Below are positions 15,975 through 25,503 of a DNA stretch of 26,893 nt, in pieces. The stretch's first letter is position 1, and each line of letters begins with the position of its first letter. The DNA comes from an uncultured Alphaproteobacteria bacterium (GTDB taxonomy: Bacteria; Pseudomonadota; Alphaproteobacteria; Rs-D84): contig CALXXY010000007.1 in the NCBI GenBank assembly GCA_944392815.1, positions 1 through 26,893 on the forward strand, read 5' to 3'. Below the pieces are notes generated by a model, which made no database searches, was not told the origin of the DNA, and was given only the letters and a program-made list of their open reading frames with translations. Position numbers and translations under genes: made by a program.

Positions 15975-17513
15975 ATGTCTTTTGTTTCTATGCCCCGCCA
16001 GGATTTGCTGTTGGCCATCGATTCCCTGGCCCAGGAAAAGCAAATCGACCGCGAAATCGTCATTGAATCGCTAGAGGCCGCAATCGCCAAAATCGCAAAA
16101 CATAAATACGGCGAAGAATTTAATATTACGGCCGAAATAGATCGCAAAAATGGGGCAATTCACGTAAAACGTCTGTTCGAGGTTATTGAATCCCCGGCGT
16201 CACGCGGTGATGAATACGACGCAAACACAATGCTGACCGTGGATCAGGCGAAAAAATACGCCCCCAATCCCCAGGTTGGCGATGTTGTCGCAGATCCATT
16301 GCCGGAACCTGAATTTGGCCGCATGGCGTTTCAAACCGCGCGCCAGATTATGACCGCCCGCGTTCGCGACGCTGAAAAGGGTCGCCAATACGAAGAATTC
16401 AAAGATAACATCGGCGACATCGTCAGCGGTGTTGTTAAACGTATCGAATTCGGCAACATTTTCGTCGATATTAATGGCAAGGCCGAGGGCTATATCAAAA
16501 GCACCGAATTAATCCCAGGCGAACGTTTGGCCGTGGGTGACCGTGTTCGTGCATTGATTATGGACGTTGCGCGTTCCAACACAGGTCCGCAAATTTTCCT
16601 GACACGTACACACCCAATGTTTATGGAAAAACTGTTCGTCCAGGAAGTGCCCGAAATCTACGAAGGCATCATCAAAATCAAATCTGTTGCACGTGCCCCC
16701 GGCAGCCACGCTAAAATCGCTGTTGAAACCCAGGATCCGTCCATTGACGCCGTTGGTATGACCGTCGGTATCAAAGGTACACGTATCCAGCCGGTTATTA
16801 ACGAATGCCACGGCGAAAAAATCGACGTTATTTTGTATTCCGATGACCCGGCCGTGTTCATCGTGAACGCTATGCAGCCGGCCAAAGTTGCCAAAATCAT
16901 CGTTGACGAAGATACGCGCAGCGCGGCCGTTGTTGTGAACGAAGATCAACAATCATTGGCCATTGGTCGCCGCGGTCAAAACGTGCGTTTGGCATCACAA
17001 TTGACGGGGTGGAATATCGACGTCATGAACGAAGCCGAAGAACAGGAACGCCGTGCCAAGGAAGTCAAAGAAAAAACAGAATTGTTTATTTCTGCGCTGG
17101 ACGTGGACGAAATGTTGGCGCACCTGTTGGTGACCGAAGGATTCCGTACAATCGAAGAAATCGCCTTTGTCGACATCAGCGAACTGGAATCTATCCAGGG
17201 ATTCAATGCGGAATTGGCAACTGAATTGCAAAACCGCGCCAAAGCATACCTGGAAAAACAGGAACAACAATACAAAGACGACGGTCACAAATTGGGTATG
17301 TCAGACGATTTGTTAAACTTTGATTTTATCAAACGTCCGATTATAATGCAGTTGGGCAACGCGGGCATTAAATCGTTGAACGATTTGGCCGATTTGTCCA
17401 CAGACGAATTAATCGAAATCCTGGGCGAAGACACCATGAGCCCACGCCTGGCCGGCCGCGTGATTATGAAGGCCCGCGAACTGGCATACGGCATAACCCA
17501 GGGTGAAGAATAA
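15975..17513 (+). CDS. nusA: Transcription termination/antitermination factor NusA
   Basis: EFGRMAFQTARQ, S1 and KH domains, ARAPGSHAKIAV, SLAIGRRGQNVRLASQLTGWNID, acidic C-terminal repeats. SD AAGGAG. Confidence 0.98.
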   Translation: MSFVSMPRQDLLLAIDSLAQEKQIDREIVIESLEAAIAKIAKHKYGEEFNITAEIDRKNGAIHVKRLFEVIESPASRGDEYDANTMLTVDQAKKYAPNPQVGDVVADPLPEPEFGRMAFQTARQIMTARVRDAEKGRQYEEFKDNIGDIVSGVVKRIEFGNIFVDINGKAEGYIKSTELIPGERLAVGDRVRALIMDVARSNTGPQIFLTRTHPMFMEKLFVQEVPEIYEGIIKIKSVARAPGSHAKIAVETQDPSIDAVGMTVGIKGTRIQPVINECHGEKIDVILYSDDPAVFIVNAMQPAKVAKIIVDEDTRSAAVVVNEDQQSLAIGRRGQNVRLASQLTGWNIDVMNEAEEQERRAKEVKEKTELFISALDVDEMLAHLLVTEGFRTIEEIAFVDISELESIQGFNAELATELQNRAKAYLEKQEQQYKDDGHKLGMSDDLLNFDFIKRPIIMQLGNAGIKSLNDLADLSTDELIEILGEDTMSPRLAGRVIMKARELAYGITQGEE

Positions 17514-17531
17514 TTTTAACGGAGTAAATAT

Positions 17532-19931
17532 ATGGCGACATTAACACTTGGAAAATCAGTCACAATTGATCAGGTGGCAAGTAAAAAAGGCGACTCGGTG
17601 TTCGTTGAACGCCGTCGCCGTGTTGTTGCCCCCGGCAGCAAAGAACTGCGCGAAGAACCATCGTCCCCCGCACAATCACATAATGCGGCGGACGAAAAAC
17701 TGCGCGCCGTGCTAGAGGCCGCGCGTGCCCGCGAGGAAGAACGCAAACAACGCGCCGCTGCCGAGGCCGCTGCCCGTGCCGCGCGCGAGGCCGAAATCGC
17801 CCGCGAAAATCGCGAATATGAACAGGTCAAAGAACAACTGGCTGCGCGTGAAAATGTCGCCGACGCCCAGCCGACCGAAGAAACCGTACCTGCGCGTCCC
17901 GCGGCCCAGAAAAAACAATTTTCACAATCTGCGCCCCGCGCCAAGCAAAATCGTGACGATGACGAAGATATGGAAATGCCGCGTGCGTCTAAATTTTCCG
18001 GCGGCAAAAAAGAATTTAAAAAGACGGGCAAAATATCCCTGCACGATATTGTTATCGGTGGCGAAGATGACGACGATGACGAAATTGGCCTGCGTGGCGC
18101 AAATCGTCGCCGGTCCGAAGCGTCGCTGAAACGTTTCCGGGAAAAGGCCCGCGCCGTGTTTTCCGCCCCGCAAAAGGTGGAACATGTCGTCACCCTGGGC
18201 GATACCATTACCGTCAAAGACCTGGCCGCTGCCATGGCTGAAAAGGTTGGCAATGTTATAAAAAAATTGATGGAAATGGGTATGATGGCGTCACAAAATC
18301 AAACTATCGACGCCGACACCGCGGAATTGATTGCCGGCGAATTCGGGGCCAAGGTAAAGCGTGTCGATGTAAAACCGTACGCCGACCAATTGGAACGCCA
18401 GCCCAACCCAGAACACATGCAACCGCGTCCGCCTGTGGTCACGGTTGTGGGGCATGTTGACCATGGAAAAACGTCTTTGCTGGACGCATTTCGTCATGCG
18501 AATGTTGCCGCGCGCGAGGCCGGCGGTATCACCCAGCATATTTCTGCATACGAAGTGAAATCAAAATCTGGCGCGATGATAACTTTCCTGGATACGCCAG
18601 GCCACGAAACATTTACAGCCATGCGTGCCCGTGGTGCGCAAATGGCGGATATTGTGGTGTTGGTTGTTGCGGCAAACGATTCCATCATGCCCCAAACTAT
18701 CGAAGCCATCAATCACATTCGTGCGGCAAATGTGCCGTTCATCGTTGCCATTAACAAAATCGATTTACCAGACGCCGATCCAACGCGCGTGAAAACCGAC
18801 CTGCTGCAGCAAGAGGTCCAGGTCGAAGAACTGGGGGGCGACGTTCAATGCGTTGAAATTTCCGCCACGAAACATATTGGCCTGGAAAAATTAGAAGAGG
18901 CCATTTTACTTCAGGCGGGCATTATGGATTTGCGTGCCGACCCGGATATGCCGGCCGTCGCGTATGTAGTAGAGGCCAAAATGGAACGTGGCCTGGGGGC
19001 AACCGCCACCATTTTAATGCGCCAGGGCACTTTAAGCATTGGCGACGTATTCGTTGTTGGCGAAACATATGGTCGCGTGCGCGGACTGATTAATTCGGCC
19101 GGCGAACGCGTGAAATCTGTTAAACCAGGCCAGCCGGCTGTTGTGCTGGGGTTGCAATCCGTGCCCAGTGCCGGTGATGATTTGCACGTTATGGAAACCG
19201 AGGCCCAGGCCCGCGAGGTTGCTGAATATCGTGCGCAAAAGGCCCGCGATCGTGCTAACGCCGTCAAACGTACATCGTTGCAGGAATTGTTTGCCCGTCG
19301 TGATGAAAACAAAAAATTGGTGTTGCCAATTGTCCTGCGCGCCGACGTCCAGGGCAGTGTAGAGGCCATCACCGATATGTTAAAAGATATTCACACCGAC
19401 AAAGCGTCTGTGGACATTCTGTCGTCTGGCGTTGGCCAGATTACCGAGGGCGACATTCGTCTGGCGGCGGCGTCTGGTGCGGTTGTGATTGCGTTTAATG
19501 TTCGCGCGGACGCAATGGTTCGCGACATGGCGCGCAGTGCCGGTGTTGATATTCGTTATCACAGTGTTGTGTATCGCATCACCGACGAAATCAAAGAAAT
19601 TTTGGCCGGTAAATTGGCCCCAGAAAGAAAAGAAAACTTTATCGGATATGCCGATGTTATCGCATTGTTTACGGTTGGCAAAGGCGTACGCGTGGCGGGT
19701 TGTCGCGTGACCGAAGGTGTGATTAAAAAAGACGCTTTGGTTCGACTGCTGCGTGACAACGTTGTTATATACGACGGCAAAATCGGTGAATTGCGCCGCG
19801 AAAAAAACGAAGTGCGCGAAGTCACTGGTGCCGGCGTTGAATTCGGTATGTCTTTTGATAAATATAATGATTTAAAAGAAGGCGACCGTGTCGAATGCTA
19901 TGAAGTCGAAGAGGTTCGCGCCAAATTATAA
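17532..19931 (+). CDS. infB: Translation initiation factor IF-2
   Basis: [57 protein letters not shown]. Confidence 0.99.
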   Translation: MATLTLGKSVTIDQVASKKGDSVFVERRRRVVAPGSKELREEPSSPAQSHNAADEKLRAVLEAARAREEERKQRAAAEAAARAAREAEIARENREYEQVKEQLAARENVADAQPTEETVPARPAAQKKQFSQSAPRAKQNRDDDEDMEMPRASKFSGGKKEFKKTGKISLHDIVIGGEDDDDDEIGLRGANRRRSEASLKRFREKARAVFSAPQKVEHVVTLGDTITVKDLAAAMAEKVGNVIKKLMEMGMMASQNQTIDADTAELIAGEFGAKVKRVDVKPYADQLERQPNPEHMQPRPPVVTVVGHVDHGKTSLLDAFRHANVAAREAGGITQHISAYEVKSKSGAMITFLDTPGHETFTAMRARGAQMADIVVLVVAANDSIMPQTIEAINHIRAANVPFIVAINKIDLPDADPTRVKTDLLQQEVQVEELGGDVQCVEISATKHIGLEKLEEAILLQAGIMDLRADPDMPAVAYVVEAKMERGLGATATILMRQGTLSIGDVFVVGETYGRVRGLINSAGERVKSVKPGQPAVVLGLQSVPSAGDDLHVMETEAQAREVAEYRAQKARDRANAVKRTSLQELFARRDENKKLVLPIVLRADVQGSVEAITDMLKDIHTDKASVDILSSGVGQITEGDIRLAAASGAVVIAFNVRADAMVRDMARSAGVDIRYHSVVYRITDEIKEILAGKLAPERKENFIGYADVIALFTVGKGVRVAGCRVTEGVIKKDALVRLLRDNVVIYDGKIGELRREKNEVREVTGAGVEFGMSFDKYNDLKEGDRVECYEVEEVRAKL

Positions 19932-19941
19932 CGCACAGCAT

Positions 19942-19973
19942 AAAAACACCGCCGATTTCGGCGGTGTTTTTTT
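19942..19973. terminator. Bidirectional intrinsic terminator between infB and der
   Basis: AAAAACACCGCCGA-TT-TCGGCGGTGTTTTTTT. Confidence 0.9.
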
Positions 19974-21321
19974 ATTTGTCATCAAATGGATTTTCGTCTT
20001 TTTTATATTCAATCACAATGGGTAAATGTTCCCAATGCAATTGTTCGGCCAACCCGCGCCGTAAATACCGCGTATATGATTCGGGTATATCAGACGCCCC
20101 ACCGACATTTATTGTGATTTTCATCGGGTGGCGCCCCGTTTGGCGTGCGAATTTTATTTTCATTGGCCGTTTTAAGCGTGACATAGGCGGCTGGCGCGCT
20201 TCGATTAATTTTTCAACTATGCGGTTAATCAAACTGGTTGGGGCGTCTGTGTTCGATGTGTCCCATTGTTCGTACACGCGCCGGAACATGTTTTTAACCC
20301 CCATGCCCGTTTCAGCCGATATGGCCAATATCAATGGTTTAATTATTTGATGGAACGAATTTGTAAATTGGTGTTTTAATTTCAGCAATTTTTCATCGCG
20401 CACAGCGGGATCCACCAAATCCCATTTGTTCAATGCAACGCATAATATTTTGCCCGCATCGTATACGCGTGCGGCGATTCCCAACGCCTGATTTTCTATG
20501 TTGCGTGTGGCGTCGACAACCAAAATCACAACATCAGATTTTTCAATTGCGTCCAACGATTTTATCGCAGACAACGTTTCTACGTCGTCGGTGACGCCGG
20601 CCTTGCGCCGCAATCCGGCCGTGTCCATCAAAATGATATCGCGACCATAAAAGTTTGTCGGGATTTTTACCGTATCACGGGTGATACCGGGCGCATCGAT
20701 AACTATTTGTCGTTTTTCACCCAGTACCCGGTTTACCAATGTTGATTTGCCAACGTTTGGTTGCCCCATAATTGCGATTTTTAATTTTTGCGGCGCGACA
20801 CCCTGATTGGAATCTTTTTGCGCGTCTGGGGCGATTTTATCGATAAATTCGTATATCGCGTCAAACCCAGATTTATGTTCCGCAGAAATCATCACAGGTT
20901 CCCCGAATCCCAATTTATAAAACTCGTGAATATCCGCCATGCGGCGCCCGGATTCGGATTTGTTCACCACCAATAACACAGGCGCCCGTGTTTTACGACG
21001 CACCATACGCGCCCAATCTAAATCAGCCGGCACCAATCCCACGCGCCCGTCAACCACAAACAAAACGGCATTTGCGCCCGCAATTGCGTCCATGGCCATG
21101 GTCGTAGAATCCGCCGCAATCCCGGATTTTGCATTTTCCAGCCCGGCCGTATCCATAACAGTCCACGCGCGCCCGCGCATGGTCCCACTGATTGTGTCAC
21201 GCGTGACCCCTGGGCGGTCGTGCACCAATGCGTCACGTGTTCCCGTCAGGGCGTTAAACAAAGTCGATTTGCCGGTATTTGGGCGGCCTGCTATTATCAG
21301 TTTTAACATAACTTTTTCCAT
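19972..21321 (-). CDS. der: Ribosome biogenesis GTPase Der (EngA)
   Basis: Two G domains: GRPNTGKST/PGVTRD/DTAG/NKSE and GQPNVGKST/PGITRD/DTAGLRRK/NKWD. C-terminal SYTRYL. The start could be ATG 21309 instead. Confidence 0.97.
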   Translation of the reverse strand: MEKVMLKLIIAGRPNTGKSTLFNALTGTRDALVHDRPGVTRDTISGTMRGRAWTVMDTAGLENAKSGIAADSTTMAMDAIAGANAVLFVVDGRVGLVPADLDWARMVRRKTRAPVLLVVNKSESGRRMADIHEFYKLGFGEPVMISAEHKSGFDAIYEFIDKIAPDAQKDSNQGVAPQKLKIAIMGQPNVGKSTLVNRVLGEKRQIVIDAPGITRDTVKIPTNFYGRDIILMDTAGLRRKAGVTDDVETLSAIKSLDAIEKSDVVILVVDATRNIENQALGIAARVYDAGKILCVALNKWDLVDPAVRDEKLLKLKHQFTNSFHQIIKPLILAISAETGMGVKNMFRRVYEQWDTSNTDAPTSLINRIVEKLIEARQPPMSRLKRPMKIKFARQTGRHPMKITINVGGASDIPESYTRYLRRGLAEQLHWEHLPIVIEYKKDENPFDDK

Positions 21322-21333
21322 TGATTTTTTTCA

Positions 21334-21361
21334 ATTATAAAGCAAAAATATAAATAATCAA
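21334..21361 (-). promoter_or_regulatory. Candidate sigma70 promoter of der
   Basis: Minus strand TTGATT-16 nt-TATAAT, 12 nt before ATG 21321. The context is AT-rich, so a chance match is possible. Confidence 0.45.
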
Positions 21362-21374
21362 ATGGGGGTATAAA

Positions 21375-21971
21375 ATGAAGCAAAAATTCAAACAGGCATT
21401 GAAACATATCAAAGACCTGGTTATCAATCCAAAACGCTATTTTACAAAAATCGTTGCCGACGGCAAAATGGAAGAGGCCATGTTAAAAGCATTCATCTAT
21501 GGCCTGATTGGCGGGTGCTTGGTATTATTATTGCGCCTGATTGGTGGGGCGACAATAACCATTGGTTCGGTATTTTCAGCATTAATAATTGTCCCGGTTT
21601 TGGCGGTGGCATTGTTGTTTGTGCTGGGCGGATTGATGATGTTGGTATCAGAAATCACAGGTGGCGAACGTGACTGGGAAATCGCGGTCAAGGGTCTGGC
21701 ATCTGTATTTTTTGTATATCCGGTTGTACTGGTGTTAAACGCATTGGCGTTTAATTGTACGTCTATGTGGATAATCAGTTTATTGGTGGACGCATACGTT
21801 TTGTTTTTGTTTTACAATATCGCGCTGTATTGCATGCGCGGCAAACGCAGCAATGTCATCATAGTAATTTCTATATTTGCATTGTTCCTGGTGACGATTT
21901 ATGCCACAGATTATCGCATAGGTTGGTTTATGTTGAAAAACGCCAGTGCGACATTGGCATGTTTGCTGTGA
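21375..21971 (+). CDS. Yip1-family membrane protein
   Basis: IKDLVINPKRYFTKI N-terminal motif, about five hydrophobic helices, ITGGERDW loop. Confidence 0.78.
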   Translation: MKQKFKQALKHIKDLVINPKRYFTKIVADGKMEEAMLKAFIYGLIGGCLVLLLRLIGGATITIGSVFSALIIVPVLAVALLFVLGGLMMLVSEITGGERDWEIAVKGLASVFFVYPVVLVLNALAFNCTSMWIISLLVDAYVLFLFYNIALYCMRGKRSNVIIVISIFALFLVTIYATDYRIGWFMLKNASATLACLL

Positions 21972-21984
21972 TAAAACAGTAAAC

Positions 21985-22013
21985 TTGATTTTTATCGCAT
22001 TTTGTGATATAAT
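21985..22013 (+). promoter_or_regulatory. Near-consensus sigma70 promoter with extended -10, upstream of the tail-fibre gene
   Basis: TTGATT-17 nt-TATAAT, with TG at 22005-22006. Confidence 0.7.
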
Positions 22014-22019
22014 TGGTGC

Positions 22020-22054
22020 AATAAAAAATCCGTCAAATTGGCGGATTTTTTATT
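22020..22054 (+). terminator. Intrinsic terminator 1 (Yip1 3' end and tail-fibre leader)
   Basis: AATAAAAAATCCGTCAA-A-TTGGCGGATTTTTTATT. The single mismatch is a U-G pair only on the + strand. Confidence 0.8.
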
Positions 22055-22055
22055 T

Positions 22056-22083
22056 GCCCGGGAATTTCACCCGGGCGTTTTTT
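22056..22083 (+). terminator. Intrinsic terminator 2 in the tail-fibre leader
   Basis: GCCCGGG-AATTTCA-CCCGGGC-G-TTTTTT. Confidence 0.75.
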
Positions 22084-22106
22084 ATATACAAAGAAAGGAT
22101 TGATAC

Positions 22107-23117
22107 ATGTATCTTATAACATATACCGGCGACGGTGCAACAACAGAATTTAATTTTTCATTTCCATATTTTCAATCTGCGGACGTGCACGTTTCTGTGA
22201 ATTCAGTGATTCAAACATCTGACGCGTGTACAATTATTCCCGCAACCGACAGCCGTGTTGACGGTAAATATACAGGCGGCCGCGTGATATTAAATGCGGC
22301 CCCCACAGTCGGGGCAGAAATTCGCATATGGCGAAAAATAGATTTGTCGCGCGTGATTGATTACCAGCCGACTTTGCCGATAAACACAGATTGCCTGAAT
22401 GCAGATTTTAATTTCATGTTGGAATACCTGCGTGATTTGTACGAATTGGACGGCGATGTGGCGAACATAGAAAACGGATTACAGTTTTTGGATTCGATTC
22501 AATACCAAATTGAACAACTGGGCGATTTCAGCGAATTGGCGCGCAAAGCCGATTTACCGGATTTTACCCAATTTGCGAAACTTACCGATATTCCAGACAC
22601 ATCTGAATTTGCCGCGGCGAATCACACACACGATATGTCCGCGTATGTAACAAACACGGTGCTGGACGCGACCATATCTGAATTACAGAACGAAATAGAC
22701 GACATCGATACCTCGCTGGCATTTCCGATTGAATTTGCCCCCGATGATGAACCAGACGTTGTTGTAAAAACGCAATTGCCCACGGCGGATAATAATTACA
22801 CCTGGTACCGACTGTATAAATCTGGCTGGGTGGAACAGGGCGGTCATAATGATGGTGAAAACAACCAGGGCACAAATACATTTGCCATTGAAATGGCCGA
22901 TTTGAATTACAGTATATCGCTGGGCAGACATGTTATAAGTGGCATAGCCGCGGATAAAGCCGCAGTGTCATTGCAGGCGCATTCCTGTACAACCACTGGA
23001 TTTACATGTGCACAAACATATGCGATTGTTGGTGGTGGCGGTGGGTACGGCACAGGCCCCAGTTATGCCTATGATTGGGTGGTTCGGGGACGCGCCGCCA
23101 TCGGCACCCAGGAATAG
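22107..23117 (+). CDS. Phage tail-fibre-like protein with a T7 gp17-type N-terminal anchor
   Basis: TYTGDGATTEFNFSFPYF..DVHVSVN, LNADFNF, shaft repeats (DFSELARKADLP, DFTQFAKLTDIP, NHTHD), C-terminal WYRLYKSGWVEQGG and YDWVVRG fibre-tip motifs. SD AAGAAAGGA. Confidence 0.85.
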   Translation: MYLITYTGDGATTEFNFSFPYFQSADVHVSVNSVIQTSDACTIIPATDSRVDGKYTGGRVILNAAPTVGAEIRIWRKIDLSRVIDYQPTLPINTDCLNADFNFMLEYLRDLYELDGDVANIENGLQFLDSIQYQIEQLGDFSELARKADLPDFTQFAKLTDIPDTSEFAAANHTHDMSAYVTNTVLDATISELQNEIDDIDTSLAFPIEFAPDDEPDVVVKTQLPTADNNYTWYRLYKSGWVEQGGHNDGENNQGTNTFAIEMADLNYSISLGRHVISGIAADKAAVSLQAHSCTTTGFTCAQTYAIVGGGGGYGTGPSYAYDWVVRGRAAIGTQE

Positions 23118-23120
23118 TAT

Positions 23121-23852
23121 TTAATCGTCGATAATTTGGCCGTTTTCGGCCGAAATTTGCTGTTTCCCAACGGTAATAATTTTGTTGTCATATGCTGGGG
23201 CAACCTGGGCGTCCACGGCCGTGCGCCAATACACCCCGCCGTCCGACGTACGAACGGCGTACAAATTGTTATCATTTGCAACAACAAACGCAACATCGTC
23301 CATCACGATAAACGGCACAGCCACCCCGATATTGACGCACCATTTTTTGTCGCCGCTGATTGGATTAATACGACAAAACGCATCACCCAACCCGCCGACA
23401 TACAGCGCGCCATCGTGCATTACCAATGGTGTCACAATATCGACTATGGCCGCGCCACCAGTCATGTTGCTGCGACGGAAAACATCGGCAATCCACATAA
23501 TTTTTCGGGAATTGGGGGCGACCTTTACAACCTCGCCCGTGGTCAGGCCGGCATACACATACCCGTGCGCACATATGGGCTGTTGATTGCTTTGCACAGA
23601 ATTGTTTGTTGGAAATCCACTGAAAACCTTGCGCTGGCCGTCCCAGATTACATTTGACGCGTCCTGGCGATATGGGCAATCGACGGCGCTGTCCGCGACA
23701 TATGTATCCGGCAAATTTGTGACGGTGGTATTCAGCATATTTACGTCACTGCTGCCAAACACAGGTGTGCGTTCGCCCGGCAGAATCGGGTCATGTTCTG
23801 CACACCCGGCAACGAACAGCAAACACATACAAATCGCGGCAAATTTACGCAT
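23121..23852 (-). CDS. bamB: Short BamB-like lipoprotein with PQQ-type beta-propeller repeats
   Basis: Lipobox VAGC, LPGERTPV, blade motifs GDKKW and LYAVRTSDGGVYW. Follows the yfgM-like gene. Only 243 aa. Confidence 0.7.
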   Translation of the reverse strand: MRKFAAICMCLLFVAGCAEHDPILPGERTPVFGSSDVNMLNTTVTNLPDTYVADSAVDCPYRQDASNVIWDGQRKVFSGFPTNNSVQSNQQPICAHGYVYAGLTTGEVVKVAPNSRKIMWIADVFRRSNMTGGAAIVDIVTPLVMHDGALYVGGLGDAFCRINPISGDKKWCVNIGVAVPFIVMDDVAFVVANDNNLYAVRTSDGGVYWRTAVDAQVAPAYDNKIITVGKQQISAENGQIIDD

Positions 23853-23875
23853 GGGACGAATCCTGTTGTTGTTTT

Positions 23876-24526
23876 TTATCTTAATTGTTGGGCGCGGGCG
23901 GAAATCATTGCCGGTGCGTCAGCATCGTTAATAATAATGTCCAACCATTTATTGGCGTTTTCCCTGTCGCCGTCGGCCAAATATTTCTGCGCCACCATTA
24001 ACCGACCTGTGTAATAGTACGGCGATTTTTTTGTATCCAACGGTGCCAGATAGTCCTCGACAGCGGCGGCGGTCATATCGTCCCCGCGCAGCCCGATGAT
24101 ATGCAGCCGTGCCAAATCGCGGAAATCGCGCGCATGCCCGTCATTTGCCAACCGTTCCAGGTGTTCGATATTGCCGTCCAGCAAATATGCCTGGAACAGC
24201 GCCAAATCGCCCGTTGCCCCACCAGCGTTTTCAGCAACAGATTGCAACATGCCTGTGTCCAGATTTTGCACCGCCAATTCGTAATTTTGTGCCAATGCAA
24301 TTTTGTGGGCGCGATGTGTGCGCACACCGATAACAGCCGCGGTTGCTATTATCATAATAATCAGTGCGCCAGCGATAATGTGCCGGGAATATTTTTTGAT
24401 AAAAGCGGCCGTTTTATCGTTATTCACTTCTTCCCATACTTCGCGGTACAGGGCGTCTTCGGCGTATTCTTCGCGTGTTTTTTTATGTTGGGCCGTTTTT
24501 CTGTTTCTTTCCAAAATCGTTGCCAT
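23876..24526 (-). CDS. YfgM-like single-TM TPR-type membrane protein
   Basis: DALYREVWEEV N-terminal motif, one TM helix, helical C-terminus, upstream of bamB. SD AGGAG. Confidence 0.75.
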   Translation of the reverse strand: MATILERNRKTAQHKKTREEYAEDALYREVWEEVNNDKTAAFIKKYSRHIIAGALIIMIIATAAVIGVRTHRAHKIALAQNYELAVQNLDTGMLQSVAENAGGATGDLALFQAYLLDGNIEHLERLANDGHARDFRDLARLHIIGLRGDDMTAAAVEDYLAPLDTKKSPYYYTGRLMVAQKYLADGDRENANKWLDIIINDADAPAMISARAQQLR

Positions 24527-24553
24527 TTGAAAATTCTCCTGTATTATGGTGGC

Positions 24554-24581
24554 TTGATAAATCTTAATTTATTGCTATACT
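24554..24581 (+). promoter_or_regulatory. Promoter of rpoH, near-leaderless
   Basis: (C)TTGATA-16 nt-TATACT with TG extension, 9 nt before the ATG; no SD. Confidence 0.55.
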
Positions 24582-24590
24582 ATAAAAGTT

Positions 24591-25502
24591 ATGAAAAAGC
24601 AAATCAAGAACGCTTTACCGGCACTGCAAAATCAATCACTGGTCGCGGCCCGTGGGGTCAATGACGAAACCAGTTTGTCACAGTACATTCAAAATATTCA
24701 AAAATTTCCGATTTTGTCCGCCGAACAGGAATACGAATACGCCAAACAATGGGCCGAAAACCACGACGCAGTGGCCGCAGAAAAACTGGTGGCCAGTCAC
24801 CTGCGCATGGTTGTGTCGGTTGCATATGATTTTAAAAACTATGGCGTGCCATTTGCCGATTTAATCGCCAGTGGCAACATGGGATTAATGCAGGCATTGC
24901 AAAAATTTGACCCGGACAAGGGATTCAGATTTTCCACATACGCCATGTTTTGGATTCGCGCAGAAATATATGAAACTATTTTACAAAATTGGTCCATAGT
25001 AAAAATTGGCACGTCCGCCAATCAAAAACGTGTGTTTTTCGGGCTGAATCGTGCGCGCCGTGCGTTGGGAATAATGGACGGCAATTTATCAGACGACCAA
25101 ACCAAGCAAATCGCAGATTATTTGAATGTGCCTGAAAACGATGTGCGTCGCATGTCAACGCGTATGTCTGCGCGCGACGTGTCGTTGAACGCGCCCGCCC
25201 ATTCGGACGATGACGCACGCGACGTGCTGTCCAATATGCCCGACGACAGAACCGGCATAGAAGAAAACATGGAACAGGTTGAATTTCGCCGCCGTGGATA
25301 TGAATTGCTGCGTAAACATTTGGCCGAATTGCCTGAACGCGATCGCGAAATATTGACTGCGCGCAGGTTATCAGACCCGGTCGCAACATTGGAATCATTG
25401 TCACAAAAATATGGTATATCACGTGAACGCGTGCGCCAGATAGAAGAACGCGCATACAACAAACTGCGCAACGCAATTTTAACCGAAACCCAGGACGCAT
25501 AA
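24591..25502 (+). CDS. rpoH: RNA polymerase sigma-32 factor RpoH
   Basis: LVASHLRMVV, GNMGLMQALQKFDPDKGFRFSTYAMFWIRA, WSIVKIGTSANQKRVFF (diverged RpoH box), ISRERVRQIE. Confidence 0.93.
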   Translation: MKKQIKNALPALQNQSLVAARGVNDETSLSQYIQNIQKFPILSAEQEYEYAKQWAENHDAVAAEKLVASHLRMVVSVAYDFKNYGVPFADLIASGNMGLMQALQKFDPDKGFRFSTYAMFWIRAEIYETILQNWSIVKIGTSANQKRVFFGLNRARRALGIMDGNLSDDQTKQIADYLNVPENDVRRMSTRMSARDVSLNAPAHSDDDARDVLSNMPDDRTGIEENMEQVEFRRRGYELLRKHLAELPERDREILTARRLSDPVATLESLSQKYGISRERVRQIEERAYNKLRNAILTETQDA

Positions 25503-25503
25503 C

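Noticed and set aside
22741-23117. Tail-fibre tip as a diversity-generating retroelement target or shufflon
   Set aside because: No second copy of the tip sequence, reverse transcriptase or invertase seen in the window; a remote template cannot be excluded.
21322-23120. Prophage call
   Set aside because: Only one phage-like gene; no integrase, att sites or replication/packaging genes seen.
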